Below are positions 9,727 to 20,076 of a stretch of 64,000 nucleotides of DNA, piece after piece (the first letter of the stretch is position 1; every line of letters starts with the position of its first letter). The position numbers and the translations under genes were made by a program. Under the pieces are notes generated by a model. That model was not told where the DNA came from and did no database searches. It saw only the letters and a list, made by a program, of their open reading frames with translations. Source of the DNA: Candidatus Omnitrophota bacterium (lineage in GTDB: Bacteria; Omnitrophota; Omnitrophia; Omnitrophales; Aquincolibacteriaceae); contig JAKLFP010000006.1 of assembly GCA_022711115.1 (NCBI GenBank), forward strand, positions 86,214-150,213, in the 5' to 3' direction.

Positions 9727-10221
9727 TCACGCTTGTTTCTCATAAAAAACAACTTCAAGCAAGGGATCGTCCTGCAGTTTTTCCCGTGATTTTTCTTTAA
9801 AGGCAGCCGGGATTTCCGGATAAAAAACATCGCCCTGGTAATCGGCGTGAATACGGGTGAGATAAATGCCGTGGGCTCGATTAATGGAAGTCCTGTAAAG
9901 CTCCGCACCCCCAATGATAAAAGCGCGCTCGGTCTTCACATTTTTCAAAGCGTCCTCGAGCGTGGAGAAATAGGTTTGACCTGGATAGGGATTTTGACCG
10001 CTCCGATCCAAAATAAAGTTTTGACGTCCCGGCAACGCCTTGCAACCAAGGCTTTCAAATGTCTTGAGGCCCATAATCACCGTCTGGCCTGTGGTCATTT
10101 TTTTGAAATGCTGCAGATCTTTTGAAAAATGCCAGGGGAGTTGATTCCCCTTCCCAATCACTCGGTTATTCGCAACAGCCACAATATGGTAAAGCACAAA
10201 ACCTCCAAACTTTTTGACCAA
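9727..10221 (-). CDS. folA: Dihydrofolate reductase, second tandem paralog.
   Basis: 164 aa with YHIVAVANNRVIGKGNQLPWHF and FIIGGAELY. Roughly 45% identical to the adjacent DHFR. Confidence 0.88.
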   Translation of the reverse strand: MVKKFGGFVLYHIVAVANNRVIGKGNQLPWHFSKDLQHFKKMTTGQTVIMGLKTFESLGCKALPGRQNFILDRSGQNPYPGQTYFSTLEDALKNVKTERAFIIGGAELYRTSINRAHGIYLTRIHADYQGDVFYPEIPAAFKEKSREKLQDDPLLEVVFYEKQA

Positions 10222-10277
10222 AGCTTATGGCTCATAGCTTAGAGCTAGCCGCTAGGGGCTATAGTCTATGGTCTGAT

Positions 10278-11072
10278 TTAAACAGCAACAGGTGCCTTGA
10301 TCGCCGGATGAGGGTCATAACCTTCCAGCTTAAAATCTTCGTATTTAAAATCAAAAATATTTTTTACCGAGGGATTCAGAACCATCTTCGGCAGAGTTTT
10401 CGGCTCGCGGCTCAACTGCAGCTGAACCTGTTCCCGATGATTCAGATAAATGTGCACGTCTCCAAACGTATGCACAAATTCGCCCGACTTCAGACCCGTC
10501 ACCTGTGCCATCATCATAGTCAGAAGCGCGTAAGAAGCAATATTGAAAGGCACCCCCAGAAAAACATCCGCGCTCCGCTGAAAAAGCTGGCAGGAAAGCT
10601 TCCCGTTCAGAACATAAAACTGGAAAAACGCATGGCAGGGCGGCAAAGCCATTCGGTCGATCTCCCCGGCGTTCCATGCGCTGACGATGATTCTCCGGCT
10701 GTCCGGATTGATTTTGATCATGTTAACCGCGTCCGAGATCTGGTCCACCGTCGTTCCGTCATTTTTTTTCCAAGACCGCCACTGAGCGCCATAAACCGGC
10801 CCAAGATCTCCGTTCGCGTCGGCCCACTCGTCCCAGATGGTCACACCGTTGTCTTTCAAAAATTTGATGTTCGTATCCCCTTTTAAAAGCCAAAGCAATT
10901 CATAGAAAATCGATTTGGTGTGGATTTTTTTGGTGGTCACTAGCGGAAACCCTTCCGCCAGATCAAACCGCATCTGATAACCGAAGGTGCTGATCGTCCC
11001 AACGCCCGTGCGGTCTTTTTTTTCGGTGCCGTTTTTGAGGATATGCCGTAGAAGATCAAGATACGGCTTCAT
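10278..11072 (-). CDS. thyA: Thymidylate synthase.
   Basis: 264 aa. Has [10 protein letters not shown] (catalytic Cys motif), [10 protein letters not shown] and the conserved C-terminal PAIKAPVAV. Confidence 0.95.
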   Translation of the reverse strand: MKPYLDLLRHILKNGTEKKDRTGVGTISTFGYQMRFDLAEGFPLVTTKKIHTKSIFYELLWLLKGDTNIKFLKDNGVTIWDEWADANGDLGPVYGAQWRSWKKNDGTTVDQISDAVNMIKINPDSRRIIVSAWNAGEIDRMALPPCHAFFQFYVLNGKLSCQLFQRSADVFLGVPFNIASYALLTMMMAQVTGLKSGEFVHTFGDVHIYLNHREQVQLQLSREPKTLPKMVLNPSVKNIFDFKYEDFKLEGYDPHPAIKAPVAV

Positions 11073-12142
11073 GAAGCCTGTCCGGCAGCATTGAGCTCTT
11101 GCATCTTTGTCTTCTGCGAATCTGCGGGCGGCTGAGACTCTTTGAAAAAATGAGTGTCATCGATATTAAGATCTCCGAAGTAATAACCATTCACAAGAAA
11201 AATCGAGGATGCATCGGAGATCTTCGCATAATAACCCCCTGCTTTTTCGTCATTCACCCCTAGACTGATCGCGGTTTCTTTCCCCCCTGCCGTCACAGCG
11301 ATTTCTAACACCGGTTTCTCAAGGCCATACCCTTTTCCGTCCGGGTCCACGACATTCTTCGCTTTAATGCTGTTCAAAGTCGCGATAAAACGTATGACCT
11401 TATCCGGATCAATGGAGGAAGAAAGATCCTGCCTTAAAAATTTCCAGGAGTTTTTCGTGGGATCTGATTTATCGGTGACTAATTCTATTCCGGCAGCGCC
11501 CGTTTTCGCGCCGTTCTTTAACTGGAATACTGTTATTTTTTGAACGTTTTCGGGTTGAAACTTAAAAAGAGTCAAATCCGCCCAATAATCACTTGAGGGT
11601 TTCCCTTCTTCAAGGGGCGTATAGATCCCAAGGAGATCCGCCATGTTCACATCGGAGAAGTAAACCTCATCGCTGGCCGTTTGGCGCAAAAAACACCCCT
11701 GCATCCCGGCCTGTTTCGTGCCCACCTTCAGATCTAAAAGAACCTTTCCTCCGTCCCCTGAAATCACCATGGAAAAAGCATCTTCATTTTTTATTTTAAA
11801 ATCCTCAAAAAGCTTTTTTTCATTCCCGCGCAATTCGCCTTTGGCCGTACTAAGTTTTTCCAAAAGATGATTCACCTTCGTAACATCTGCCGGAACATCC
11901 CAAAGGCTTTTGACTCTCCAAAGATCCTTTTCTTTGACAAGTTCGACAGGCGGCATGGCCACACCGCGGCCGATCAGGATCTTTTTCGCTTTCGTCGAAT
12001 CGAAATGAAACAGCCTAGTCCCCTCCGCTGACTTCAAGGATGCAACAGTCGTGTCACCGGACCGAACCCAGTATTTCGCTAAGATACCGAGCGAAAGAAT
12101 TCCAAGGATCAAAACCAAAACGATTATTTGTTTTTTTTCCAT
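11069..12142 (-). CDS. DUF4340-like exported protein, as typically found with GldG-type ABC systems.
   Basis: 357 aa with an N-terminal TM/signal segment. Sits directly downstream of the GldF/G-like permease with a 4-nt overlap with thyA. Confidence 0.45.
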   Translation of the reverse strand: MEKKQIIVLVLILGILSLGILAKYWVRSGDTTVASLKSAEGTRLFHFDSTKAKKILIGRGVAMPPVELVKEKDLWRVKSLWDVPADVTKVNHLLEKLSTAKGELRGNEKKLFEDFKIKNEDAFSMVISGDGGKVLLDLKVGTKQAGMQGCFLRQTASDEVYFSDVNMADLLGIYTPLEEGKPSSDYWADLTLFKFQPENVQKITVFQLKNGAKTGAAGIELVTDKSDPTKNSWKFLRQDLSSSIDPDKVIRFIATLNSIKAKNVVDPDGKGYGLEKPVLEIAVTAGGKETAISLGVNDEKAGGYYAKISDASSIFLVNGYYFGDLNIDDTHFFKESQPPADSQKTKMQELNAAGQAS

Positions 12143-12193
12143 AGCAAGAGAGGCGCCAGAAGTTTGTTCCGCTGACGCTCGGTCTGAGGTCCG

Positions 12194-14701
12194 TTAAGCT
12201 GTCAAACTTTTCAGATACACCTGTTTTGCTCGACGCCGCCAATAAGCCCGTCCAAAACCAAGGATCGCAATAAGCAGCGGTACAAGAAGCGTCGCAAAAA
12301 AACGCCAAAACATTTTTTGAGTTGCCGAGATCTTCGGCAACATCCGATCCACAGGCCCTTTGGAACGGATCCCGATCAGGGCATCCCCTAACGTCAATAT
12401 ATCCATGGCATTAATGAAAAAGTTGAGATGACCGCCCCCCTGCATCAATTGTTTTTGAAAAGGAATAGAAGCACCGATTAAAATGAGTTTCCCCGGTTTC
12501 GGCTGAAGAGGGGGCGCATTTTTTTCCGAAGTTGCATTCGGTTCAGGAGGTGTCGAAGGCGGCTGTGTGGGTGTCGATTCGGCCCATTCAGGGATTTTTT
12601 GGTCTTTAAATGCATCGGCGAATTGGCCTTCCGCCATCACTGCCAACGGAAATGGCCCTTTGGGACTCTTGGGCTGAGACGCGAGAGATGCCGCGCCCAT
12701 AGGCTCTTTTTTAAACGGTACTGTCCAGGAGTTCTTCGACGATGTCAACAAAGTCTCGAGCTTAAGCTGCTGCTCGTTGATTTTCTTGGTATCGATCTTT
12801 AAGGCGCTCCCCCACATATAGAAAAAAGTCGAAAGACGAGAAGTGATGGAAACGTTTAAATTCATCTCCGCATCAGACAAGCGTATCTGAACCGGCAGTT
12901 TGACGGGAATAGAAAGACCCAGGAGTTCGGCACGGGCGCCGCCGCCAAGACTGATCACTTCACTCTGTTCATCCGCCAGAATGTTTTCATCCACTTGGAA
13001 TCCCCAATGTGAAAGCAGGTCATTTACTTCAGGCTCTTTGTTTTTGGGAACAAGAGACAAAGACCCCGTTGCCGAAGGCCGGTAGCTGAATTCATAATTT
13101 TGAACGGCCATGAAAACGGACCCGCCCTGGTAAAGGAACCTGTTGATCTCGTATTTTTGGCGTTCGCTCAATTTGTGAGGTTCGATAACGGCGAGAGTTT
13201 TCATCCCGTCAGGAATCGGCGTCTCTTTATCAAGGGCAATCCGCGCCACAGAATAGCCCTCATACTGCAATCCCAACTGGAGGAATTCATAAGGATCGTC
13301 CCGGTAACTTGGCGGGATCTGACCGCCTCCGAGCTGCTGCAGCAAAGCCATCAGGTTCGGGTCCATGGAACGCTCTTCATAGGGTGCCACCAGTGCGATC
13401 TTGGGAATTTCCGGCAAGGTCATGCGGTAAAGTTTTGAAACAATGGTGTATTCGAGCTCGTTGAGATTCCCGGGATGAATACGCGGCAAAACCTCCTCGG
13501 GCTTTTCTTTATAGGAAAGCGTGATCCCTGAATAAATCAACCGGACGCCCATTTCATCGGACTGGATGGATTCCACCTGAAAAGGCTCAATGCCTTTTTT
13601 GGAAATTTTTTCTTCCATCGTCTCTTCTTTCTTACTTCCTTCGACCGCGTTCGCCGCATCCATATGGAACACCTTATACTGAAAACGGCCTTCAGATACG
13701 GCGCGCAATTCCTCGAGTTTGTCGCGGACATCCTGCTCCAGGGTTTTCATGGCAGTCGGCATCTTATCGGCGGAGGAAATATAGAATTTTGCGATCACGG
13801 GTGATTTAAGATCCCGCAGGATCTTTTTCGTTGCCGTTGAGATCGTGTACATTTTCCCTTCGCTCAAATCAAAACGGCCAAGCGGAATCTCCGCCACAAA
13901 CCAATTGCTCAAAAGAAAAATAGCGGTGCAGATTACCGTCGTTGTTGTAAATATCGATACCGCTTTCGGACGCATCCGTCCTTCGACCCAAAACCCGTTC
14001 AGCACAAGCGCCACCGCGCTACCGACCACAAAATAAAGCACATCCCGGTTATCAACCACTCCTTTGGCAAAAGAAGCATAATGGTCCGCGGCCCCCAGAA
14101 AATGCCTGAGAAACGTGCCCAAACCCGAGACCCAGCCGTCGAGTGATGTGGCGACAAATTCCGTCCCGATCAGGAACAGGCCGAAGCAGATCATCATCGA
14201 GAGAATAAAAGAAACAATCTGATCGCGAAAAAATCCTGAAATAAGAATGCCCATAGCGAGAAAAAAACCTCCCAGAAATGCCGCACCGACATAACCGCTT
14301 AAGATGGCCCCGGTATCCGGACGGCCGAGCGCTTGAAGCATGACCGGGACGGGAAAAGTAGCGACAAGGGCGATTAGATAAAAAAGGAAGCTTGCAAAAA
14401 ATTTCCCGAGTACAAGTTCTTGAGGCTGCATCGGGAAAGTCAGCAGAAGCTCCTGAGTGTTCCCTCGTTTTTCTTCGGACCAAAGCCGCATCGAAACCGC
14501 GGGAATAAACGCGGCCAGCAAGAACGGCAACATATAAAAGAAAGTCCGCATATCCACACGGCCGATCAAAAAGAACTGGGTCATAAAAAGACCGCCGTTC
14601 AGAAGCGTAAAAATGATCAGGAAGATATAAGCGATGGGAGAATTGAAATAGGTTGCCATTTCCCGCCGCAGAATAATGGAAAGATTCGAAAGCGTTTTCA
14701 T
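12194..14701 (-). CDS. ABC-2 family permease fused to a GldG-like domain (gliding-motility-type ABC transporter permease/auxiliary).
   Basis: 835 aa. The N-terminal ~250 aa has six hydrophobic segments like ABC-2/GldF. A large extracytoplasmic domain follows, with a C-terminal TM. Translationally coupled to the upstream ATPase (overlap 14698..14701). Confidence 0.6.
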   Translation of the reverse strand: MKTLSNLSIILRREMATYFNSPIAYIFLIIFTLLNGGLFMTQFFLIGRVDMRTFFYMLPFLLAAFIPAVSMRLWSEEKRGNTQELLLTFPMQPQELVLGKFFASFLFYLIALVATFPVPVMLQALGRPDTGAILSGYVGAAFLGGFFLAMGILISGFFRDQIVSFILSMMICFGLFLIGTEFVATSLDGWVSGLGTFLRHFLGAADHYASFAKGVVDNRDVLYFVVGSAVALVLNGFWVEGRMRPKAVSIFTTTTVICTAIFLLSNWFVAEIPLGRFDLSEGKMYTISTATKKILRDLKSPVIAKFYISSADKMPTAMKTLEQDVRDKLEELRAVSEGRFQYKVFHMDAANAVEGSKKEETMEEKISKKGIEPFQVESIQSDEMGVRLIYSGITLSYKEKPEEVLPRIHPGNLNELEYTIVSKLYRMTLPEIPKIALVAPYEERSMDPNLMALLQQLGGGQIPPSYRDDPYEFLQLGLQYEGYSVARIALDKETPIPDGMKTLAVIEPHKLSERQKYEINRFLYQGGSVFMAVQNYEFSYRPSATGSLSLVPKNKEPEVNDLLSHWGFQVDENILADEQSEVISLGGGARAELLGLSIPVKLPVQIRLSDAEMNLNVSITSRLSTFFYMWGSALKIDTKKINEQQLKLETLLTSSKNSWTVPFKKEPMGAASLASQPKSPKGPFPLAVMAEGQFADAFKDQKIPEWAESTPTQPPSTPPEPNATSEKNAPPLQPKPGKLILIGASIPFQKQLMQGGGHLNFFINAMDILTLGDALIGIRSKGPVDRMLPKISATQKMFWRFFATLLVPLLIAILGFGRAYWRRRAKQVYLKSLTA

Positions 14702-15450
14702 GCATTCACCGTTTTCCGGGGGGCCAATAGCTGGATAAAAATATCTTCGAGGCTCAGCTCTTTTGCAGACTGACCTTGCGCTAAAACTTTTTCCGCCAGT
14801 TCTCTTTTCGTCCCCTGCGCCACCAATTTCCCTTCGTTGATGATCACAATCCGGTCCGCAAGAACTTCGACTTCTTGTAAAATGTGTGTGGAAAAAATAA
14901 TGGTCTTTTCTTTGGCAAGGCTTTTGATCAGGGAACGAATCCCGATGATCTGAATCGGATCCAGCCCGGAGGTCGGCTCATCAAGGATCAGAACTTTAGG
15001 GTCATGGATCAGCGCCTGCGCAAGCCCGACGCGCTGTCCATAGCCTTTGGATAACTCGCAAAGCAAATGTTTCCACACGGATTTCAGCTGACAAGCCTCT
15101 CTCACCCATCCGAGACGTTCCTGGAGACTCTTCGAAGAAAGTTCACGCGCCTTGCCGACAAAATTCAGATATTCCTCTACTTGCATATCGGCATAAAGCG
15201 GCAAGGTTTCCGGCAGATAGCCGATGCGTTTGCGGACTTCAAGCGGATTTTCCAGAATGTCGATCCCGTCGACCTTCGCGGTGCCCGAGGAAGGATAAAG
15301 GTAGGTCGTCAGAATTCTCATCGCCGTGGTTTTACCGGCACCATTCGGCCCCAAAAGACCGAGAATCTCTCCGGGATTTGCCTGAAAAGAAACCCCGTCA
15401 AGTGCGACCACGGGGCCGTACCGCATGGCTAAGGATTGAACATCTATCAT
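14698..15450 (-). CDS. ABC transporter ATP-binding protein (GldA-like).
   Basis: 250 aa. Walker A GPNGAGKTT, signature LSKGYGQRVGLAQAL and Walker B ILILDEPTSGLD. Confidence 0.92.
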   Translation of the reverse strand: MIDVQSLAMRYGPVVALDGVSFQANPGEILGLLGPNGAGKTTAMRILTTYLYPSSGTAKVDGIDILENPLEVRKRIGYLPETLPLYADMQVEEYLNFVGKARELSSKSLQERLGWVREACQLKSVWKHLLCELSKGYGQRVGLAQALIHDPKVLILDEPTSGLDPIQIIGIRSLIKSLAKEKTIIFSTHILQEVEVLADRIVIINEGKLVAQGTKRELAEKVLAQGQSAKELSLEDIFIQLLAPRKTVNA

Positions 15451-15491
15451 AAAAAATAAAATTCCTTAAAAAATATAGATCAAAGTTAAAT

Positions 15492-16199
15492 TTACCGGCG
15501 CCGTCCAAAAAGCCGGAGGAGAAACAGAAACATATTAATGAAATCGAGATAAAGCCTCAAGGCGCCCATGATCGCAAGCTGTTCCGGCGCATGGGACCCG
15601 CTCTGGTGGATCGCTTTCAGTTTTTGAGTGTCATAAGCCGTGAGACCGATAAAAACCGCGACCCCGACATAAGAGAGGATCCAGTCAAAGACCGGCGAGT
15701 GAAAGAAAATATTTACAACACTGGCAAGGATCACTCCCCAGAGAGCCATCCCGCAAAAACTGCCGACTGAAGTTAAATCTTGTTTGGTCACCCATCCGTA
15801 CAAGCTCACCCCTGCGAAGGTCATGGCCGTGATAAAAAAAGTCGCAGAGATCGACGCCATGGTGTAAATAAGGAAAATAGTCGCCATGGTAATGCCATTC
15901 AGCGCGGAATAAATAAGAAACCCGAGTACGGCCGTTTGTGCGGAAATCCTTTGGATGCTCGCGGAAAGCCATAGGACGATTCCGAATTCCGCGATAAAGA
16001 AAAGCCAAATACCGCCTTTTAAGAGAAACCGAAGTAAGGGAACATTGCCTGCCGTAAAAAAAGCGATAAGCCCTGTCAGTGCAAGCCCCATGGCCATCCA
16101 CTGATAGACGCGTTGCATAAAAGTCGAAAAAACGGCTCCGTGGGAATAGGAAAATTGGTTCTGTTCATTCTGCTCCATAAAAAAATCCTCCTTTGACAT
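15492..16199 (-). CDS. Bax-inhibitor-1 / YccA family membrane protein.
   Basis: 235 aa with seven hydrophobic segments. Has the FMQRVYQWMAMGL N-terminal motif and the charged C-terminus typical of BI-1/TMBIM. Confidence 0.7.
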   Translation of the reverse strand: MSKEDFFMEQNEQNQFSYSHGAVFSTFMQRVYQWMAMGLALTGLIAFFTAGNVPLLRFLLKGGIWLFFIAEFGIVLWLSASIQRISAQTAVLGFLIYSALNGITMATIFLIYTMASISATFFITAMTFAGVSLYGWVTKQDLTSVGSFCGMALWGVILASVVNIFFHSPVFDWILSYVGVAVFIGLTAYDTQKLKAIHQSGSHAPEQLAIMGALRLYLDFINMFLFLLRLFGRRR

Positions 16200-16291
16200 T
16201 ACTGATGTGCGTGTATTGTAGCTAAAAAAACACTCTTTCTCAAGACAGATGCGAGACCCACCCGCATGGAAGGAATAAAAGCTTTTTCAGA

Positions 16292-16693
16292 TCAAGCAAC
16301 CGGCGGCACGTCTGAAGTAACAGGAGGCGCCAGAAATTCCCTGATCTTTTTGGCCGGTCTCGCCACAATGGCCTTATCCCCCTTTTCCACAATCGGTCTT
16401 TGAAGAAGATCCGGATAAATTGCTAAAAGATCCAGCCATTGGTTTTCGGTAAGTTTTTTCTGGTTCAATTTCAAGTCAAGATACAGCTGGTCCTTTTTCC
16501 GGATCAGTTCTTCGATGGGAAGTCCGATCTTCTGAATGAGTTCCTTAAGTTTTGATTTCGGGATCGGGTCTGTAAAATAATCCACCGCTTCAAAATCTAC
16601 ATTGGATTCTTTCAGGATCTGATGAACTTCCTTACAAGTCGTGCAGGTAGGTTTCTGATAAACTGTGATCTCTGACATGCTTACTCCTTCCAA
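16292..16693 (-). CDS. ArsC/Spx-family thioredoxin-fold protein.
   Basis: 133 aa. ITVYQKPTCTTCKEV is the ArsC/Spx/YffB CxxC N-terminal motif. Confidence 0.7.
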   Translation of the reverse strand: MEGVSMSEITVYQKPTCTTCKEVHQILKESNVDFEAVDYFTDPIPKSKLKELIQKIGLPIEELIRKKDQLYLDLKLNQKKLTENQWLDLLAIYPDLLQRPIVEKGDKAIVARPAKKIREFLAPPVTSDVPPVA

Positions 16694-17280
16694 TCATTAG
16701 GCGGACGGATCTGACAGGAAGAAGGTCCTTGGTCAGGGTTTTGCTTTTCTTCCTTCACTTTGCGGTCCGCAAAGTAAATTTTTAAAAAATAGAGTCCTGT
16801 ATACACTTTCGGGTCCACAAGATAACCGTGTTTTTCCATGGTATGCAGCCACAAAGCCGCTCCCGTCAGAGGGACTTCATGGACGATGATGGATTCTGTC
16901 GCGTCCCCTCCGCCCGGCCCTTTTTTAACAACGCCGATGGCTTGATAGAATGTAATGATCTCGGAACTCAACCCGCTTGAAACAGGTCCCTCGACGATCA
17001 AGGAAAGATGTTCCGCTTCATAACCTGTTTCTTCCAAAAGCTCGCGCCGGGCCGCATCTTCCATGGTCTCGGGATCATGGGACAGCTTGTCATTGACGAG
17101 GCCGGCCGGGAATTCGATCACGTGAGATTTGACCGGTCGGCGAAACTGTTCGACAAAAAGAACCTTTTCTTCCCTCGTCACCGCCACAATGACCACGATA
17201 CCGCTGCAATTGGTCCTTTTGACGTACTCCCAGTTGTCTTCGCGAATCAAATCAAGATACTTCCCCTTAAAAAGAATCAT
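16681..17280 (-). CDS. NUDIX hydrolase (ADP-ribose pyrophosphatase-like).
   Basis: 199 aa. The Nudix box is GLVNDKLSHDPETMEDAARRELLEETGY (Gx5Ex7REUxEExGU). Confidence 0.85.
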   Translation of the reverse strand: MILFKGKYLDLIREDNWEYVKRTNCSGIVVIVAVTREEKVLFVEQFRRPVKSHVIEFPAGLVNDKLSHDPETMEDAARRELLEETGYEAEHLSLIVEGPVSSGLSSEIITFYQAIGVVKKGPGGGDATESIIVHEVPLTGAALWLHTMEKHGYLVDPKVYTGLYFLKIYFADRKVKEEKQNPDQGPSSCQIRPPNDWKE

Positions 17281-17318
17281 GCCTGGAATCTCCGTTTTCG
17301 ATGAATGGAAGCGGCTGC

Positions 17319-19085
17319 TTATAAAGTTTGCCGCGGATCACTTTCGCCCGCTATTTTACCAGAACTATCTTCAAAACAAATCATTTGTGCAGTACCGATC
17401 TTTTCCTTTTTCTCGATCTTATGGCCTAGAAGCTCAAGCTTGACCCGCATCGTCTCTTGCGCATAGATCCCCGGCTCCATCCATAAAATGCCCTCGCGAT
17501 CCAAAACACGTGAAGCCGCTATGGAATCAGCGCAGGTCCTGCCGAAATCGATCTTCTGGACAAAAAGATTCATCAGAACCGCCGCGGGATCTTCATCCCC
17601 ATAGGCATCCATCACAAGAAAAGGCTTCCCCTTTTCAAAGACCAGTGTCGAAACAACCGGAGCTCGCGGTCTCTGCCCGGGGGAAGGAATATTGACGGCC
17701 TCCCCCTTTTTGACAAGGTCGGGTGTGGCATTAAAATCTGTCAACTGGTTATTCAGGAAAAAACCATAACCGGGGACCATGACCGCAGAACCAAAGGCGT
17801 CTCCGAGCGTCATAGTTAATGCGGCGATATTCCCGTGAGTATCCGCAACAAGAACAGAAGACAGCATCTGTTTTCTGCCGGTCTCAGGGGTATTTTTTTG
17901 AGAATCTTTTAATCGGAGAACTTTATCAAATTTGATCGATTCCCTGAGTTCCTGAGCCCATTTTTCAGACAGAAGCTCCTCCAGAGGAACTTCAAAGACA
18001 TCCGGATCGGCAATGGCAAGGCCCCCGGTAAAAGCATGTTTTTGAGTTTCCTCCAAAATATGATAGGTCTCCGCGGTTTTTCCAAAACCCGCAAGTCCGA
18101 ACTGAGACAAAATATTGAGCGCACGAAAAAGCATGATACCGCCGGCCGCCGGAGGACTGACGCTGAAAACATCATACCCTTCATAGGTGATATGGATCGG
18201 GTCCCGCCTGGCTACACTGTAATCTTCAAGATCACGATAGTTTAGAAACCCCGGCCGAAAAGAATTTTTTTGGACCGTTTGCACTATCGCTTTGGCAATC
18301 TCTCCCTCGTAAAAAATCCGGATCCCTTTTGACTGTATGAGTCGAAAAGTTTTGGCAAGGTCGGGTTGAGAGATTTTGGATTCTGCGCTGACCGGTTGGT
18401 TGTTTTTTAAAAAAAGCCCGCGCCCCGCATCAAAAAGCGCCAGTCTTTCTTTGTGTTCCTGAATCGCTTGCGCCAACGATGCAGAAACAGCGGCCGCCCC
18501 ACCGGCTTCCTGGATGGCAGGATCAAAAAGTTTTGCAAAAGAAAATTTTTGAGTGCCATACCGCGCATGCACCTCCTCCAACAATTTCAGAAGCCCGGGC
18601 GTGCCGACAGGAAGTCCGCCGGTGTTCCGATCCGACCGATAAGGACGAAGTTCCCCTTTTTCATCAAAAAACATTTCCGCAAAGACCTCTGCCGGCGTTT
18701 GAACGCTGCCATCAAAAAAAAGGATCCGCCTTGTCCCGATATCATAAAAAAGGAGATACCCGCTTCCGCCAAGGCCGGACGACTGAGGCTGCACCACATT
18801 GAGAACCCAAGCCGCGGCTACCGCAGCATCAATCGCATTGCCTCCCTGCCCTAAAACTTCCGTGGCGGCTTTTGTCGCACGGAGATCTGAAGTCACAGCA
18901 ATAGCTTTATCACTCAGGGCTGCCTGAAGTACCGGAGAAAAAAGAAAGGTGAGAAAAAGGCTTCGTAAAACACAGGAAGCAACGGGGAAGGTATACTTTA
19001 GAAAAAACTTCATTTTAAGAGGCCCAGAACGCCGCACATCATGCGTTGGATAATTGAAAATTTTCATTCCGAAAATATTCTCCAC
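17319..19085 (-). CDS. ggt: Gamma-glutamyltranspeptidase.
   Basis: 588 aa with a signal peptide and GGT family motifs (GGNAIDAAVAAAWVLNVV, SGLGGSGYLL, and a TSHFSV-like catalytic Thr region DTHGNIAAL). The true start is probably the internal MKFFLKYTF. Confidence 0.85.
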   Translation of the reverse strand: MENIFGMKIFNYPTHDVRRSGPLKMKFFLKYTFPVASCVLRSLFLTFLFSPVLQAALSDKAIAVTSDLRATKAATEVLGQGGNAIDAAVAAAWVLNVVQPQSSGLGGSGYLLFYDIGTRRILFFDGSVQTPAEVFAEMFFDEKGELRPYRSDRNTGGLPVGTPGLLKLLEEVHARYGTQKFSFAKLFDPAIQEAGGAAAVSASLAQAIQEHKERLALFDAGRGLFLKNNQPVSAESKISQPDLAKTFRLIQSKGIRIFYEGEIAKAIVQTVQKNSFRPGFLNYRDLEDYSVARRDPIHITYEGYDVFSVSPPAAGGIMLFRALNILSQFGLAGFGKTAETYHILEETQKHAFTGGLAIADPDVFEVPLEELLSEKWAQELRESIKFDKVLRLKDSQKNTPETGRKQMLSSVLVADTHGNIAALTMTLGDAFGSAVMVPGYGFFLNNQLTDFNATPDLVKKGEAVNIPSPGQRPRAPVVSTLVFEKGKPFLVMDAYGDEDPAAVLMNLFVQKIDFGRTCADSIAASRVLDREGILWMEPGIYAQETMRVKLELLGHKIEKKEKIGTAQMICFEDSSGKIAGESDPRQTL

Positions 19086-19130
19086 CCAGGAAAAGTGTGA
19101 TCATCGGTACAAACCACGAGGGCCTAACGG

Positions 19131-20075
19131 TTATCGGCCAAGGATTTTTTTTGCAGTCTTGACAATATAAGGCGAAGTAAGATTGTATTTTTCCAAAAGC
19201 TCTTCGGGTTGACCGGATTCCGCGTAAGTATCCTGAATAGCCACAAATCCCACCTTGCAAGGATGTTTCCTGGCAAGCAATGTCGCAACCGCACTCCCGA
19301 GACCGCCCCAGATTTGATGTTCTTCCGCGACTACCACGTGCCCGGTCTTTTTAGCTTCTTCAAGGATCAGTTCGGCATCCAGGGGCTTTACAGTGTGCAT
19401 ATCAATGACGCTAGCTTGAATACCATCATCCTCGGCTAGTTTTTCTGCGGCGCATAGGGCTTCAAAAACAAGAAAACCGTTGGCGATAATCGTTAGGTCC
19501 TTTCCTTCGCGCATCCGAACGCCTTTACCGATTTTGAATGGGGTCGCGGCTTTATGAATGATCGGAGCTTTCGGCCGACCCGTACGGATATACACCGGAG
19601 CGGGATAATGAACCGCTTCCAAAACCAACGCGCGCGTTTCGACCTCATCGCTTGGAACCATGACCACAAAACCGGGCAGACTGGTCATCAAGGCAACGTC
19701 TTCGATGCTCATCTGCGAAGCCCCGTCTTCCCCCACCGTAATACCGCCATGGGAACCGACCACTTTGACATTGAGTTCTGAAAAAGCAACGCCCATGCGG
19801 AATTGGTCAAAACCCTTGCAAACCAAAAAAGACGCAAAACTGGAAATGAACGGGATCTTCCCGCAAGACGCAAGACCGGATGCAACACCGACCAGATTGG
19901 CTTCCTGGATTCCGACATTTAAAAAACGTTCCGGAAACACCTGGCTAAAAGCGTAGGATTTGGTGGATTTGGAAAGGTCTGCATCCAGCACCACCACATT
20001 CGGATTGGCTTTGCCGATCTCGACGATCGTTTCACCGTAAGCATCTCGTGTGGGCTTCCCGTATTTCTTTTCCAT
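19131..20075 (-). CDS. Transketolase, C-terminal (pyrimidine-binding) subunit.
   Basis: 314 aa with RDAYGETIVEIGKANPNVVVLDADLSKSTK and a conserved C-terminal domain. Adjacent to the N-terminal subunit, so this is a split tkt. Confidence 0.9.
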   Translation of the reverse strand: MEKKYGKPTRDAYGETIVEIGKANPNVVVLDADLSKSTKSYAFSQVFPERFLNVGIQEANLVGVASGLASCGKIPFISSFASFLVCKGFDQFRMGVAFSELNVKVVGSHGGITVGEDGASQMSIEDVALMTSLPGFVVMVPSDEVETRALVLEAVHYPAPVYIRTGRPKAPIIHKAATPFKIGKGVRMREGKDLTIIANGFLVFEALCAAEKLAEDDGIQASVIDMHTVKPLDAELILEEAKKTGHVVVAEEHQIWGGLGSAVATLLARKHPCKVGFVAIQDTYAESGQPEELLEKYNLTSPYIVKTAKKILGR

Positions 20076-20076
20076 T

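Noticed and set aside
10227-10886. Plus-strand 219-aa ORF overlapping thyA.
   Set aside because: It is antisense to a highly conserved thymidylate synthase gene and has a biased H/R/Q-rich composition, so it is an antisense artefact.
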